In this document: one piece after another, positions 63,730 through 64,000 of the stretch
Layout: each line of letters starts with the position of its first letter
How positions within the stretch are numbered: position 1 is the first letter of the stretch
Assembly: GCA_012518115.1 (NCBI GenBank)
Contig: JAAYTD010000031.1
Location: 26,464 to 90,463, forward strand
Reading direction: 5' to 3'
DNA: 64,000 nucleotides
Source: Ignavibacteria bacterium
Lineage (GTDB): Bacteria > Bacteroidota > Ignavibacteria > Kapaibacteriales > UBA2268
Translations under genes and position numbers: made by a program
Notes under the pieces: model-generated
Databases searched by the model: none
Told to the model about the DNA's origin: nothing
What the model saw: only the letters and a program-made list of their open reading frames with translations

Positions 63730-63993
63730 TTACATTGTCTGAATCATAGTAAACATCTGTATTGTAAACGTTTTTAACGTCGTTATCAAATAGGGTAACA
63801 AAAGTACAACTAAAAGAAGAACAACAATCAACTTTGGAACAAAAGTCAAAGTTTGTTCGGAAATCGAAGTAGCTGCTTGAAAAATAGAAATCAACAAACC
63901 AACTATAAGAGAAGCTAGTAAAAGCGGTCCAACTATAAGTAATATATAATAAAAAGCATCACGTACGATCTGCATTACAAGTTGTTCTGTCAT
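63730..63993 (-). CDS. fliQ: Flagellar export apparatus protein FliQ
   Basis: 87 aa, two TM helices, ISIFQAATSISEQTLTFVPKL core. Confidence 0.85.
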   Translation of the reverse strand: MTEQLVMQIVRDAFYYILLIVGPLLLASLIVGLLISIFQAATSISEQTLTFVPKLIVVLLLVVLLLPYLITTLKTFTIQMFTMIQTM

Positions 63994-64000
63994 ATATTTT

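Noticed and set aside
1-64000. Apparent abundance of CTAGCT/GCTAGC (often encoding Leu-Ala as CTA-GCT)
   Set aside because: A rough expectation from base composition predicts many CTAG sites. Leu-Ala is also encoded as TTG-GCG or TTA-GCA elsewhere (for example in fabD). I cannot establish enrichment without k-mer statistics, and no link to the methyltransferase can be supported.

Overview
This is a strongly AT-rich chromosomal window from a Gram-negative bacterium. It carries FCB-group hallmarks: four secreted proteins with T9SS (Por-type) C-terminal sorting domains, a TonB-dependent receptor with a DUF4249 partner, and the LPS genes lpxD, kdsB and two GT9 heptosyltransferases. It also encodes a flagellum (fliW-csrA, flagellin-fliS-fliD-flaG-flgM, fliQ-fliR-flhB). 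From this combination I infer an Ignavibacteria-like lineage. Housekeeping content includes partial kbl, queA, nrnA, tRNA-Ser(GCU), an aroE/aroK fusion, aroD, fabD, mreBCD, a ThiF-family E1, mazG, gatC, aat, and an S41 and an S8 protease. No transposase, integrase, CRISPR array, rRNA or recognisable defence operon is visible.

Five things deserve a second look:
1. A previously unannotated-looking mosaic family of GC-rich hairpin repeats sits in six 3-prime intergenic spacers. It shows compensatory stem substitutions and variable 9-bp tandem sub-repeats. One near-identical inverted pair brackets a 7.5-kb TonB-receptor cluster.
2. Partner-switching parts are unusually dense: three STAS proteins, two PP2C/SpoIIE phosphatases and one RsbW-like kinase, with no sigma factor nearby. 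One STAS gene sits in an operon with a large sensor that has an intact HATPase domain but apparently no phospho-accepting histidine.
3. A SpoIIE-like polytopic phosphatase lies directly downstream of mreBCD.
4. A FliW-CsrA-flagellin circuit is present, with two readable sigma-28 promoters and a GGA-hairpin leader.
5. A T9SS-targeted PNGase F-like protein has its fold interrupted by about 550 aa.

All calls come from reading the sequence and translations by eye. No database search was run.
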